A stretch of DNA of 64,000 nucleotides from Oikopleura dioica. Lineage: Eukaryota > Animalia > Chordata. Shown one piece after another: positions 1-11,253 of the stretch (position 1 is its first letter; each line of letters starts with the position of its first letter). The notes under the pieces are model-generated. The model was not told the origin of the DNA and did no database searches. It saw only the letters and a list, made by a program, of their open reading frames with translations. The DNA is taken from positions 16,058,001-16,122,000 of the forward strand of contig OU015567.1 in assembly GCA_907165135.1 (NCBI GenBank). The letters run 5' to 3'. The translations under genes and the position numbers were made by a program.

Positions 1-2715
1 GTTCTGAATTCGAGGGTTCTGTATTTGAATAATATGCAAATAGTCGAAGATGATTTTGAGGAGTATCCGTGGGTTATTTTAGATAATCCAGACATGAGCA
101 AAAGAGGAAAGTGCATTTTAGTGAGGGCAGATGTTTATGTTCCACCGCATGGCCACGCATGGGCCAGAATCAATCATCAATTAAAGAAAGTTTTTACTGA
201 CACAGATTTCGAGCTTCTTGAAAATGGAATTTACGCGAACTTGAATCGAGAACTTGACTCATCAAGGACATTAATTAAACTTGAAAATCACACGGGCATT
301 GGGGTTCTTGTAAGCGAAAATTTTCCAATCTTAGAGATAGTTGAGCGGTATCAAATTAATTTCCTGAGGGAGATGGGGCAAATTGAAAATTTTGAGAGAG
401 TTGTTCATGAAAAAGAAATCGAAATATGGCGCGAGCGGCGTAATCAATTAGTCAACGAGTCAGATATTTCAGCAGAAATTCTAGCAGCCGCAGAAGGAGC
501 TCCTCAAGAGTATAAACCGGGGCTTATAGTTGTTCTCAATAAGCATAATTGGATTTATTCAAGAAATTCGAGTGATTGTGGATACAGTTGTAGTTTTGTT
601 GCAGACCTTGTTATTGATGATGCAGGGGTTCCTACTTTTGCTAAACCGTATAATATTGACAATAGTCAATTACCAGCTGTAGAGGGAAAATTAACGGAGA
701 TGGAGACTGCTGGGATAAGAAGATTGGGAAATTCTGGATGGAACGCCCCTCTGCTAACTGTTCCAAAATCTGATGGGTCAATTAGAATCGTTCAAAATTA
801 TAGCGGGGCATCGAGGGGACAAAAATCGCTTAATGAGAGGTTAATTCTGCCGAAGTGGCCAATTCAGACAATAAGAACGATCCTTACCACTATTTCGAGA
901 TATATCACGGAGTTGAAATCTGATTTTCCAGGGGAACAAATATATTTTTCCAGCATCGATATTCGTAATGCTTTCTATACTCTCGCTTAAAGACAAGGAA
1001 AAAGGGAATATTCTTCTTTTATATTTAATGACAAGCAGTTTGAGTATCTAAAAATGTCGCAAGGTTTGGCGACATCGCCGTCGACGTTTACAGCTTTTAT
1101 AAGTAAATTTTTCGCGAAAATTGAGGTCAAAGAGAAAAACTTTTTTCGGTTCATCTGTTATATGGATGATATCCTGGTTATAACCGTTGGGAAACATTTC
1201 AATAAAGCGATTGATAAGATTTTTACTTTGTTCCAACAAGAAAATGTGGTTGTTTCATTGAAAAAATGCAGCTTTTATAAAGCGGATACAAAATTTTTGG
1301 GCTTCTTGATCTCTGAGAAAGGTTATCGTGCGGACTTGAAAAAGATCGAGGGTATTTTGAATCTAAAATATCCGGAAACGTCGAAAGAGGCACAGAGGTG
1401 GCTAGGGACTGTAAATTATTTTAATCGTCTTATTCGAGGTGCTTCTGAGTTGCTTACTTCCTTCGCGAAAGAATCTGGCAAAGGGAAAAAGTATATGCTC
1501 ACTGAACAGATTAAGGCGGACATTGATGAATTAAAAAGGCGAATCAAAGTAAATGGGGTGCAAATGATCCATTTAAAATATTATAACGGGACAGATGGGA
1601 ACTATTGTTTCGTGGCAAGCGATTCCTCACTTTACGCTACTGGGGGAGCACTTGGAAATTGTCATTTATATGATAATGAAGTGAGCGATATTCAGTTCGC
1701 GGCATTTTGTAGTAGAAAGCTGGACGAGCAGGAGGTACTGCTCTCGGCCAGGTCCAGGGAACTTATTGCGCTATCGACCTGTTTGCAGTCGTTTTCAGAT
1801 ATATTAGCGAAAGATATGCCTTTACTGGCTATTGTGGATCACAAGTCTTTGACTGAAGTACTCAAAAATATAAACTTTAGAGGCGCCGGGCAAACGAGGG
1901 TTCGTAAGGCGTTTGCCGTGTTATTGGATTTTCCGAATCTTAGAATTTTACACTGTGCAGGGACATCGGAGGTTATCAACGTCGTCGATTTTATAAGCCG
2001 AAATAGCAATTTTATCATTGATGAAATAAATCCACGAATTTTCAGTCCGAAAAATTTAGAGCTTGAGCTTTCTTGTGTTAATAATTTGACAGAAATTGGA
2101 AAGGTCGTTCACGAGATCGACATTAAAAATCTCATAAGGGCGCAGAGGGAAGATTTTAAGGATATTTATGAGGAGTCAAACGGCGAGTTCCGAACGATTG
2201 GAGATAAGGAGTACGCTTTGCAAAATGATCTTTTATTTCAAAGGGTGAAATCGGGGGCGAATTTGCTAATGATCCCACCATCTCAAGCGAAAGAGGTCGT
2301 TCAATTTTTGCATGTGGGTTGCATGCATGCTTGTCGGCAGGAGATTTTAACAAAAGTGAGAATGTACAAGATTTTAATAAAAAATAAGCAGCGAATCATT
2401 GATGAAGTCCTTAGATATTGTACGTACTGCAAGATTCGCATGACAACTAAACATTCTTTTGAAAAGCAGCAGTATTTGAGGGAGCCTGCTTTAAAGTCAC
2501 TTGAGAAAATCCATTTGGATGTCGTTGACATCAGAACGAATGAGGGAAAAAGCAATCTATTTATCTCTTTTGTAGACGAATTCAGCAGAAAACTTTTTAT
2601 CAAGAAAGTCAGAAATAAAAGTGGAAGTTACTCGATTGTTATAAATGATAACGGCAAAGAATTTGTCAGCGCGGCGGTGCGGGAAGCACTTAAGGTTCTC
2701 AATATAAACAGGGCA
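1..2715 (+). pseudogene. pol: Decayed Ty3/gypsy pol (RT-RNase H-partial integrase), a lineage distinct from the satellite-resident elements
   Basis: ORFs 25-990 and 1054-2826 are in the same frame, separated by one TAA (988-990). RT motifs WNAPLLTVPK, SSIDIRNAFY, YMDD; RNase H ASDSS/RELIAL/VDHKSL; integrase HxxxxH..CxxC, IHLDVV, VDEFSR, NDNGKEF. The integrase core is internally shortened and the sequence switches to non-pol near 2715. Confidence 0.9.
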
Positions 2716-2806
2716 TTAATTCTTTGCCCTGTTTTGTTCATTGTTCTGAGAACAGCCAAATTTGAGGCTTTAATAAGCCAAATTTCAGTTTTCACCCGAT
2801 TTTCAG

Positions 2807-3332
2807 AAAGCAAGCTGTTCATGTGAATGCTCCAAGAAGCCCGACCATTCGTAAGGCCGTTGACGATGCTGCCAGAGCCTCAGTCAAGAAAATTGAGTAC
2901 AAGATTGACAAAGACCTCAACCATTACAAGTCGCTGACAGTCCGTGGCCACTATGTCTGCGTCAACAGATTTGCTGAGTCTGTTTTTGGAATCTTCAAGA
3001 AGGCTGAACTAGACAAGGCTTCAGCCACAACTGAAACAGTGATTGAGCTAACGATCGCAAGAAAGAACAACCTCGAATTCTACTTGGATAACTTGTCCGA
3101 CTCCGAGATCAAATCACTTTGCCAGAAAATTGATGGAAAGAAAGCTTTTCAAAACTACCGTTTTGCAAGAATCGCCACTCAGCTCAAGCTACAAGAATTC
3201 GCCGCAAAACGCCGAGAATCGATTGCAAGGGAGAAATCTGGAAAACAACTGAAAAAAGAATTGAAGAAGGAAAACAAAACGCCTCTCAGGTCTTCGCTAA
3301 CGAAAAGAAGAAAAATCGCCAAAGAACTCTGA
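2807..3332 (+). CDS. Orphan basic protein segment (~175 aa), probably a terminal exon of an unknown gene
   Basis: ORF 2823-3332 is open back to a TTTTCAG acceptor-like site ending at 2806. Codon style (many C/G-ending codons) differs from the flanking pol. Lys/Arg-rich C-terminus; AT-rich UTR-like sequence follows. No family recognised. Confidence 0.5.
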
Positions 3333-3761
3333 TTAATTGAATAATAACAGCTGTTTTTACTGCCTAAGACTGATCAAAATATACTATTTATTCTAATTTC
3401 CGCTCAGTAAATTGATTACGATTAGCGCGCGCTCGGTGTGAAACAGCGCTAAAAATAAATGCTTGTTCTGAGAGCTTCTCAGGGTTATTAAAGGCTTAAA
3501 TGGTGAGCTCTTTCGAGAAAATATCACGAAGAAAAGGTTTGCTGGCAAGATAACTTTATTCAAACCATTTTTGGAATGAAAAAAATAAACTGAAAGGCTA
3601 GTATAAGGGGTACCATCCTCGAAAGTTTGAAGCGCTCTCACCATGTGAAGATATGTAAAAAATAAATACATATTTGGAATCAGCGAAAAAAACTGTACTT
3701 GATGATAAATTTTCACAGTTATCGGAGCACCTTGATTTTTCCGTGAAAGTCTCTAGCTATA

Positions 3762-4384
3762 ATGAATCGCCCAAAAACGAGGTCAAAATTTTGAAACTTC
3801 GTTTTTCGCCCTAATTTAATTTGCAGCGTTTCCGCCGTCTTTTAAGCGTCATTTTGGTTGATTCTGAGCCTCTTAAAACCAACAGAAAAAATTCAAAAAA
3901 TTAATTTTTCGATGGTCTTCTCTATCATGAATCGCCCAAAAACGAGGTCAAAATTTTGAAACTTCGTTTTTCGCCCTTATTTTATTTGAAGCGTTTCCGC
4001 CGTCTTCAAAGCGTCATTTTGGTCGATTCTGAGCCTCTCAAAACCAACAGAAAAAATTCAAAAAATATTTTTTCGATGGTCTTCGCTATCATGAATCGCC
4101 CAAAAACGAGGTCAAAATTTTGAAACTTCGTTTTTGCCCTTTTTTTAATTGCAGCGTTTCTGCCGTCTTTCGAGCGTCATTTTGGTTGATTCTGAGCCTC
4201 TTTAAACCAACAGAAAAAAATTCAAAAAAAAAAAAATTTTTTCGATGGTCTTCGCTATCATGAATCGCCCAAAAACGAGGTCGAAATTCTGAAACTTCGT
4301 TTTTCGCCCTTATTTTATTTGCAGCGTTTCCGCCGTCTTCAAAGCGTCATTTTGGTCGATTTTGAGCCTCTCAAAACCAACAGT
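3762..4384 (+). repeat. Tandem repeat, ~165-bp unit, about 3.7 copies
   Basis: ATGAATCGCCCAAAAACGAGGTC recurs at 3762, 3927, 4091 and 4260 (periods 165, 164, 169). Confidence 0.95.
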
Positions 4385-4718
4385 AATACCACTAGGGAAA
4401 CAGCTGCTCTACAACTACGTACTTCATCAGGAAAAAATAATTGAAGAGAAATATTTCAAACCCGTCGTAGTTCTAATTCACGGCAAAAATTTATTTTTAT
4501 TCGAAATCTTATGTGATGATCTCACTCATAACTTATATTGTCCATAAAGAGTAAATCACAAAATATAGTTTTCAAGTTTTGTATTTTATTACATTTATGT
4601 GTTTGAGTTTCAGGCTAACATAAAGTTACTTAAATCTAAGAGGTTGCATCGTTTATAAAGGGCGCATTTTTACAGCAAAGTTTTTTCTTTGCTTGTTAGC
4701 ATTTGTTCAAACAACAAA

Positions 4719-7700
4719 CGTTTTTTGGCGTTTTCAGATGATTTTCAGGTCATAAAAATCAAAAAAAAAATCAAGAAAAATTCAGATGCGTTTTTTGGCG
4801 TTTTCAGATGATTTTTGGTCATAAACATCAAACAAAAATCAAGAAAAATTCTGATGCGTTTTTTGGCGTTTTCAGATGATTTTCAGGTCATGAAAATAAA
4901 GAAAAAATCAAGGAAAATTCTGATGCGTTTTTTGGCGTTTTCAGATGAAATTCAGGTCATAAAAATCAAAAAATAAAATCAAGAAAAATTCTGATGCGTT
5001 CTCTGACGTTTTCAGATGATTTTCAGGTCATAAAAATCAAAAAAAAAATCAAGAAAAATTCTGATGCGTTTTTTGGCGTTTTCAGATGATTTTGGTCATA
5101 AACATCAAACAAAAATCAACAAAAATTCTGATGCGTTTTTTGGCGTTTTCAGATGATTTTCAGGTCATGAAAATAAAGAAAAAATCAACAAAAATTCTGA
5201 TGCGTATTTTGGCGTTTTCAGATGATTTTCAGGTCATGAAAATAAAGAAAAATCAAGAAAAATTCTGATGCGTTTTTGGCGTTTTCAGATGAAATTCAGG
5301 TCATAAAAATCGAAAAAATCAAGAAAAATTCTGATGCGTTTTTGGCGTTTTAAGATGATTTTCAATTCATAAATTTCAAAAAATCAAGAAAAATTCTGAT
5401 GCGTTTTTGGCGTTTTCAGATGATTTTCAGGGCATAAAAATCATAGAAAAAAAATCAAGAAAAATTTTGAAGCGTTTTTTGGCGTTTTCAGATGAAATTC
5501 AGGTCATAAAAATCAAAAAATAAAATCAAGAAAAATTCTGATGCGTTCTCTGACGTTTTCAGATGATTTTCAGGTCATAAAAATCAAAAAAAAAAATCAA
5601 GAGAAATTCTGATGCGTTTTTTGGCGTTTTCAGATGATTTTCAGGTCATGAAAATAAAGAAAAAATCAACAAAAATTCTGATGCGTTTTTTGGCGTTTTA
5701 AGATGATTTTCAATTCATAAATTTCAAAAAAAATCAAGAAAAATTCTGATGCGTTTTTTGGCGTTTTCAGATGATTTTCAGGTCATAAAAATCATAGAAA
5801 AAAAATCAAGAAAAATTTTGAAGCGTTTTTTGGCGTTTTCAGATGAAATTCAGGTCATAAAAATCAAAAAATAAAATCAAGAAAAATTCTGATGCGTTCT
5901 CTGACGTTTTCAGATGATTTTCAGGTCATAAAAATCAAAAAAAAAAATCAAGAAAAATTCTGATGCGTTTTTTGGCGTTTTCAGATGATTTTGGTCATAA
6001 ACATCAAACAAAAATCAACAAAAATTCTGATGCGTTTTTGGCGTTTTCAGATGATTTTCAGGTCATGAAAATAAAGAAAAATCAATAAAAATTCTGATGC
6101 GTTTTTGGCGTTTTCAGATGATTTTCAGGTCATGAAAATAAAGAAAAATCAAGAAAAATTCTGATGCGTTTTTTGGCGTTTTCAGATGAAATTCAGGTCA
6201 TAAAAATAAAAAAAAATCAAGAAAAATTCTGATGCGTTTTTTGGCGTTTTAAGATGATTTTCAATTCATAAATTTCAAAAAAAATCAAGAAAAATTCTGA
6301 TGCGTTTTTTGGCGTTTTCAGATGATTTTCAGGTCATAAAAATCAAAGAAAAAAAATCGAGAAAAATTTTGAAGCGTTTTTTGGCGTTTTCAGATGATTT
6401 TTAGGTCATAAAAATCAAAAAAAAAGAAAAGAAAAATTCTGATGCGTTTTTTGGCGTTTTCAGATGATTTTCAGGCCATAAAAATCAAAACAAAATCAAG
6501 AAAAATTCTGATGCGTTTTTTGGCGTTTTTAGATGATTTTCAGTTCATAAAAATCAAAAAAAATATCAAGAAATATTCTGATGCGTTTTTTGGCATTTTC
6601 CGATGATTTTCAGGTCATTAAAATCATAAAAAAAAATCAAGAAAAATTCTGATGCGTTTTTTGGCGTTTTCAGATGATATAAAGGTCATAAAAATCAAAA
6701 AAAAATAAAGGAAAATTCTGATGCGTTTTTTGGCGTTTTCAGATGATTTTCAGGTCATAAAAATCAAAAAAAAATCAAGAAAAATTCTGATGCGTTTTTT
6801 GGCGTTTTCAGATGATTTTTAGGTCATTTAAATCAAAAAAAAATCAAGGAAAATTCTGATGCGTTTTTTGGCGTTTTCAGATGATTTTCAGGTCATAAAA
6901 ATAAAAAAAAAATCAAGAAAAATTCTGTTGCGTTTTTCGGCGTTTTCAGATGATTTTTAGTTCATGAAAATCAAAAAAAATCAAGAAAAATTCTGATGCG
7001 TTTTTTTTGCGTTTTCAGATGATTTTCAGGTGATAAAAAAAAAAATCAAAAAAAAATTTTATGCATTTTTTGGCGTTTTCAGATGATTATCAGGTCATAA
7101 AAATCAAAATAAAATCAAGGAAAATTCTGATGCGTTTTTGAGCATTTTCAGATGATTTTCAGGTCATAAAAATCAAAAAATAAAATCAAGAAAAATTCTG
7201 ATGCGTTCTCTGACGTTTTCAGATGATTTTCAGGTCATAAAAATCAAAAAAAAAAAATCAAGAAAAATTCTGATGCGTTTTTTGGCGTTTTCAGATGATT
7301 TTTGGTCATAAACATCAAACAAAAATCAACAAAAATTCTGATGCGTTTTTTGGCGTTTTCAGATGACTTTCAGGTCATGAAAATAAAGAAAAAATCAAGA
7401 AAAATTCTGATGCGTTTTTTGGCGTTTTCAGATGAAATTCAGGTCATAAAAATCAAAAAAAATCAAGAAAAATTCTGATGCGTTTTTTGGCGTTTTAAGA
7501 TGATTTTCAATTCATAAATTTCAAAAAAAAATCAAGAAAAATTCTGATGCGTTTTTTGGCGTTTTCAGATGATTTTTAGGTCATAAAAATCAAAAAAAAA
7601 TCAAGAAAAATTCTGATGCGTTTTTTGGCGTTTTCTGATGATTTTCAGGCCATAAAAATCAAAACAAAATCAAGAAAAATTCTGATGCGTTTTTGGCATT

Positions 7701-9891
7701 TTCAGATGATTTTCAGGCCATAAAAATCATTAAATAATCAAGAAAAATTCTGATGCGTTTTTGGCGTTTTAAGATGATTTTCAATTCATAAATTTCAAAA
7801 AATCAAGAAAAATTCTGATGCGTTTTTGGCGTTTTCAGATGATTTTGGTCATAAACATCAAACAAAAATCAACAAAAATTCTGATGCGTTTTTGGCGTTT
7901 TCAGATGATTTTCAGTTCATTAAAACCAAAAAAACAAAAAAATTCTGATGCGTTTTTGGCGTTTTCAGATGATTTTCAGGCCATAAAAATCAAAAAATCA
8001 AGGAAAATTCTGATGCGTTTTTGGCGTTTTTAGATGATTTTCAGAACATAAAAATCAAAAAATCAAGAAAAATTCTGATGCGTTTTTGGCATTTTCAGAT
8101 GATTTTCAGGCCATAAAAATCAAAAAAAAAAAAATCAAGAAAAATTCTGATGCGTTCTCTGACGTTTTTAGATGATTTTTAGGTCATAAAAATCAAAAAA
8201 AAAAATCAAGAAAAATTCTGATGCGTTTTTTGGCGTTTTCAGATGATTTTTGGTCATAAACATCAAACAAAAATCAACAAAAATTCTGATGCGTTTTTTG
8301 GCGTTTTCAGATGATTTTCAGGTCATGAAAATAAAGAAAAAATCAAGAAAAATTCTGATGCGTTTTTTGGCGTTTTCAGATGAAATTCAGTTCAAAAAAA
8401 TCATAAAAAAATCAAGAAAAATTCTGATGCGTTTTTTGGCGTTTTCAGATGATTTTCAGGCCATAAAAATCAAAAAAAAAATCAAGGAAAATTCTGATGC
8501 GTTTTTTGGCGTTTTTAGATGATTTTCAGAACATAAAAATCAAAAAAAATCAAGAAAAATTCTGATGCGTTTTTTGGCGTTTTAAGATGATTTTCAATTC
8601 ATAAATTTCAAAAAAAATCAAGAAAAATTCTGATGCGTTCTCTGACGTTTTTAGATGATTTTCAGGTCATTAAAATCAAAAAAAAAATCAAGAAAAATTC
8701 TGATGCGTTTTTTGGCGTTTTCAGATGATTTTTGGTCATAAACATCAAACAAAAATCAACAAAAATTCTGATGCGTTTTTTGGCGTTTTCAGATGATTAT
8801 CAGGTCATGAAAATAAAGAAAAAATCAAGAAAAATTCTGATGCGTTTTTTGGCGTTTTCAGATGAAATTCAGTTCAAAAAAATCATAAAAAAATCAAGAA
8901 AAATTCTGATGCGTTTTTTGGCGTTTTCAGATGATTTTCAGGCCATAAAAATCAAAAAATCAAGGAAAATTCTGATGCGTTTTTTGGCGTTTTTAGATGA
9001 TTTTCAGGCCATAAAAATCAAAACAAAATCAAGAAAAATTCTGATGCGTTTTTTGGCATTTTCAGATGATTTTCAGGCCATAAAAATCAAAAAAAAAAAA
9101 TCAAGAAAAATTCTGATGCGTTCTCTGACGTTTTTAGATGATTTTCAGGTCATAAAAATCAAAAAAAAAATCAAGAAAAATTCTGATGCGTTTTTTGGCG
9201 TTTTCAGATGATTTTTGGTCATAAACATCAAACAAAAATCAACAAAAATTTTGATGCGTTTTTTGGCGTTTTCAGATGATTTTCAGGTCATGAAAATAAA
9301 GAAAAAATCAAGAAAAATCCTGATGCGTTTTTTGGCGTTTTCAGATAAAATTCAGGTCATAAAAATCAAAAAAAATCAAGAAAAATTCTGATGCGATTTT
9401 TGGCGTTTTAAGATGATTTTCAATTCATAAATTTCAAAAAAAATCAAGAAAAATTCTGATGCGTTTTTTGGCGTTTTCAGATGATTTTCAGGTCATAAAA
9501 ATCATAGAAAAAAAATCAAGAAAAATTTTGAAGCGTTTTTTGGCGTTTTCAGATGAAATTCAGGTCATAAAAATCAAAAAATAAAATCAAGAAAAATTCT
9601 GATGCGTTCTCTGACGTTTTCAGATGATTTTCAGGTCATAAAAATCAAAAAATCAAGAAAAATTCTGATGCGTATTTTGGCGTTTTCAGATGATTTTGGT
9701 CATAAACATCAAACAAAAATCAACAAAAATTCTGATGCGTTTTTTGGCGTTTTCAGATGATTTTCAGGTCATGAAAATAAAGAAAAAATCAACAAAAATT
9801 CTGATGCGTTTTTTGGCGTTTTAAGATGATTTTCAATTCATAAATTTCAAAAAAAATCAAGAAAAATTCTGATGCGTTTTTTGGCGTTTTC
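4719..9891 (+). repeat. ~69-bp satellite array, segment 1
   Basis: Monomer approx AAAAATTCTGATGCGTTTTTTGGCGTTTTCAGATGATTTTCAGGTCATAAAAATCAAAAAAAAATCAAG; CTGATGCG at 4851 and 4920; recurring variant monomers. Confidence 0.98.
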
Positions 9892-11201
9892 TGATACGGA
9901 AGCGGCTGTCCTGCAATTTATGCGCGTTCTCTAACTCTAGAATGCCAAGCTAAAAATGACGAGAATCAAATTTTTTAATTTGCGTGGTTTCATTTGTGAT
10001 TTGAATGAGAAAAAGAAGCACGGCGCGCGGTTAAATACGGCGAGATTGAATCAATGTTTTTGAACGAGCGGTTGTTTTTGAGCTTTTGAAAAGCTTTTGT
10101 TTTTGAAATCAAGGAAGAAAGCCCAAGGCCATCAAAGCAGTTTTTCTTTCGGGAAATCCTTACGGATCGTATTCTTGCCGATTTAGAGCTGAGCTTGTCG
10201 AGCTTGCCGAGCAAGTTATGATCGTTTATCTTTTCGAGCCGGCGCCGCGTGTGAAGAGTTCATAAAACGCAAATTATAATTTTTGATAAAAATAAACAAA
10301 GAATAAATTTACAGTCATTTAAACTTCTCACTATGTGACCGTAGAAATGACTGTAAAATAAAAACGAATAAAAGAAATAAAGAATATGTACAAAATAAGA
10401 AATAAATATTTAAACTTAAATTTGGTCAGGATTCTAGTTAAAATATTTTTTTTCGAATTTAAAGAATAGAAGAAATCCAAGGAACGTACCCGGGGAGAGT
10501 TACTGTCGCGGTTCACATCGTATCTTCTCTTACGACTCGCTACTTTGCGACAAGCGGGCCTTCTGACATAGAAAAGGACCCGTTCCCACGGCATCGCGAG
10601 TGATACGGCGATATATCGGTTCGTTGAAGTAGTAGAAGTTGTTAAGAGCGTTGTAGGCGTCCTCGTTGTTGAAATTGAATCGTAAGCTGCACGGTCAATA
10701 ATTGAACTGTAAAATCGCAAGACGTGATAATAAAAAGATCGAATATTAAAACGAAGCACGGTATTGCGAGGTACTATTTGTTTGATGAAATGACGTCGAA
10801 TTGCACTAGAAAAGTCAGAAACAAATTAAGATTTTTCGAAGTATGCGTACATACACATTAATCCTAGACAGAACCCTTAATTAATTTCCGACCCGTTGAT
10901 TATGATGAGAGCATGTGAGCATTCCAATGAAAGATAGAAAAGACCAAAAGAATAAGATAATGAGATGATAACGAATTGATGTTTTGGGTCAGTCTGGCTC
11001 GTTAAAACTGACCGTCTTTTTTATCGTGTTTAGAAAACTACCGTGAAATGATTTTTTACGAAAAAAACTGAGAAATCAATTTGGTGATACCAAGCTGATA
11101 AAACAGATTTTATAACCATGTAGACCCGAACTTGCGTAAATCTTTGGCCGTGAAAAAGAAGAGTTTGATTTTGTTTGAGGCGTTGTTCCCTAAGGATATC
11201 A
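9892..11201 (-). repeat. A1 3' LTR (1310 bp)
   Basis: Near-identical to 17243-18551; about four differences seen by eye. Confidence 0.95.
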
Positions 11202-11253
11202 CTGTGACCTTCCATGGGTCGCAAACGAGCATCTTTTTCGCCTTTCTTTTGTT

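Noticed and set aside
3400-3720. Short inverted repeats (TTAGCGC/GCGCTAA, CTGAGA/TCTCAG) and a 107-aa minus-strand ORF
   Set aside because: Single copy, no TSD or recognisable termini, TTG-type start; not enough to call an element or gene.
4385-4718. Unique spacer before the array with hairpin AGCAAAG/CTTTGCT and a 61-aa ORF
   Set aside because: One 7-bp stem in AT-rich DNA is expected by chance; no supporting features.
8732-9211. ORFs with repeating MRFLAFSDDFQVIKIKKKSRKIL units (also at 5086, 8250, 18525, 29493, 42234, 51461, 62319 and others)
   Set aside because: These are translations of the 69-bp (23-codon) satellite; frames break at every homopolymer change.
4719-9891. Regular short repeats resembling a CRISPR array
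   Set aside because: Head-to-tail monomers with no unique spacers, no cas genes, eukaryotic context.
10331-10759. 142-aa ORF in the A1 LTR with a hydrophobic tail (possible env-like or accessory protein)
   Set aside because: The frame is not preserved in the close A2 LTR (stop after TTTTPRSR and a frame change); the hydrophobic tail is AT-rich low-complexity sequence.
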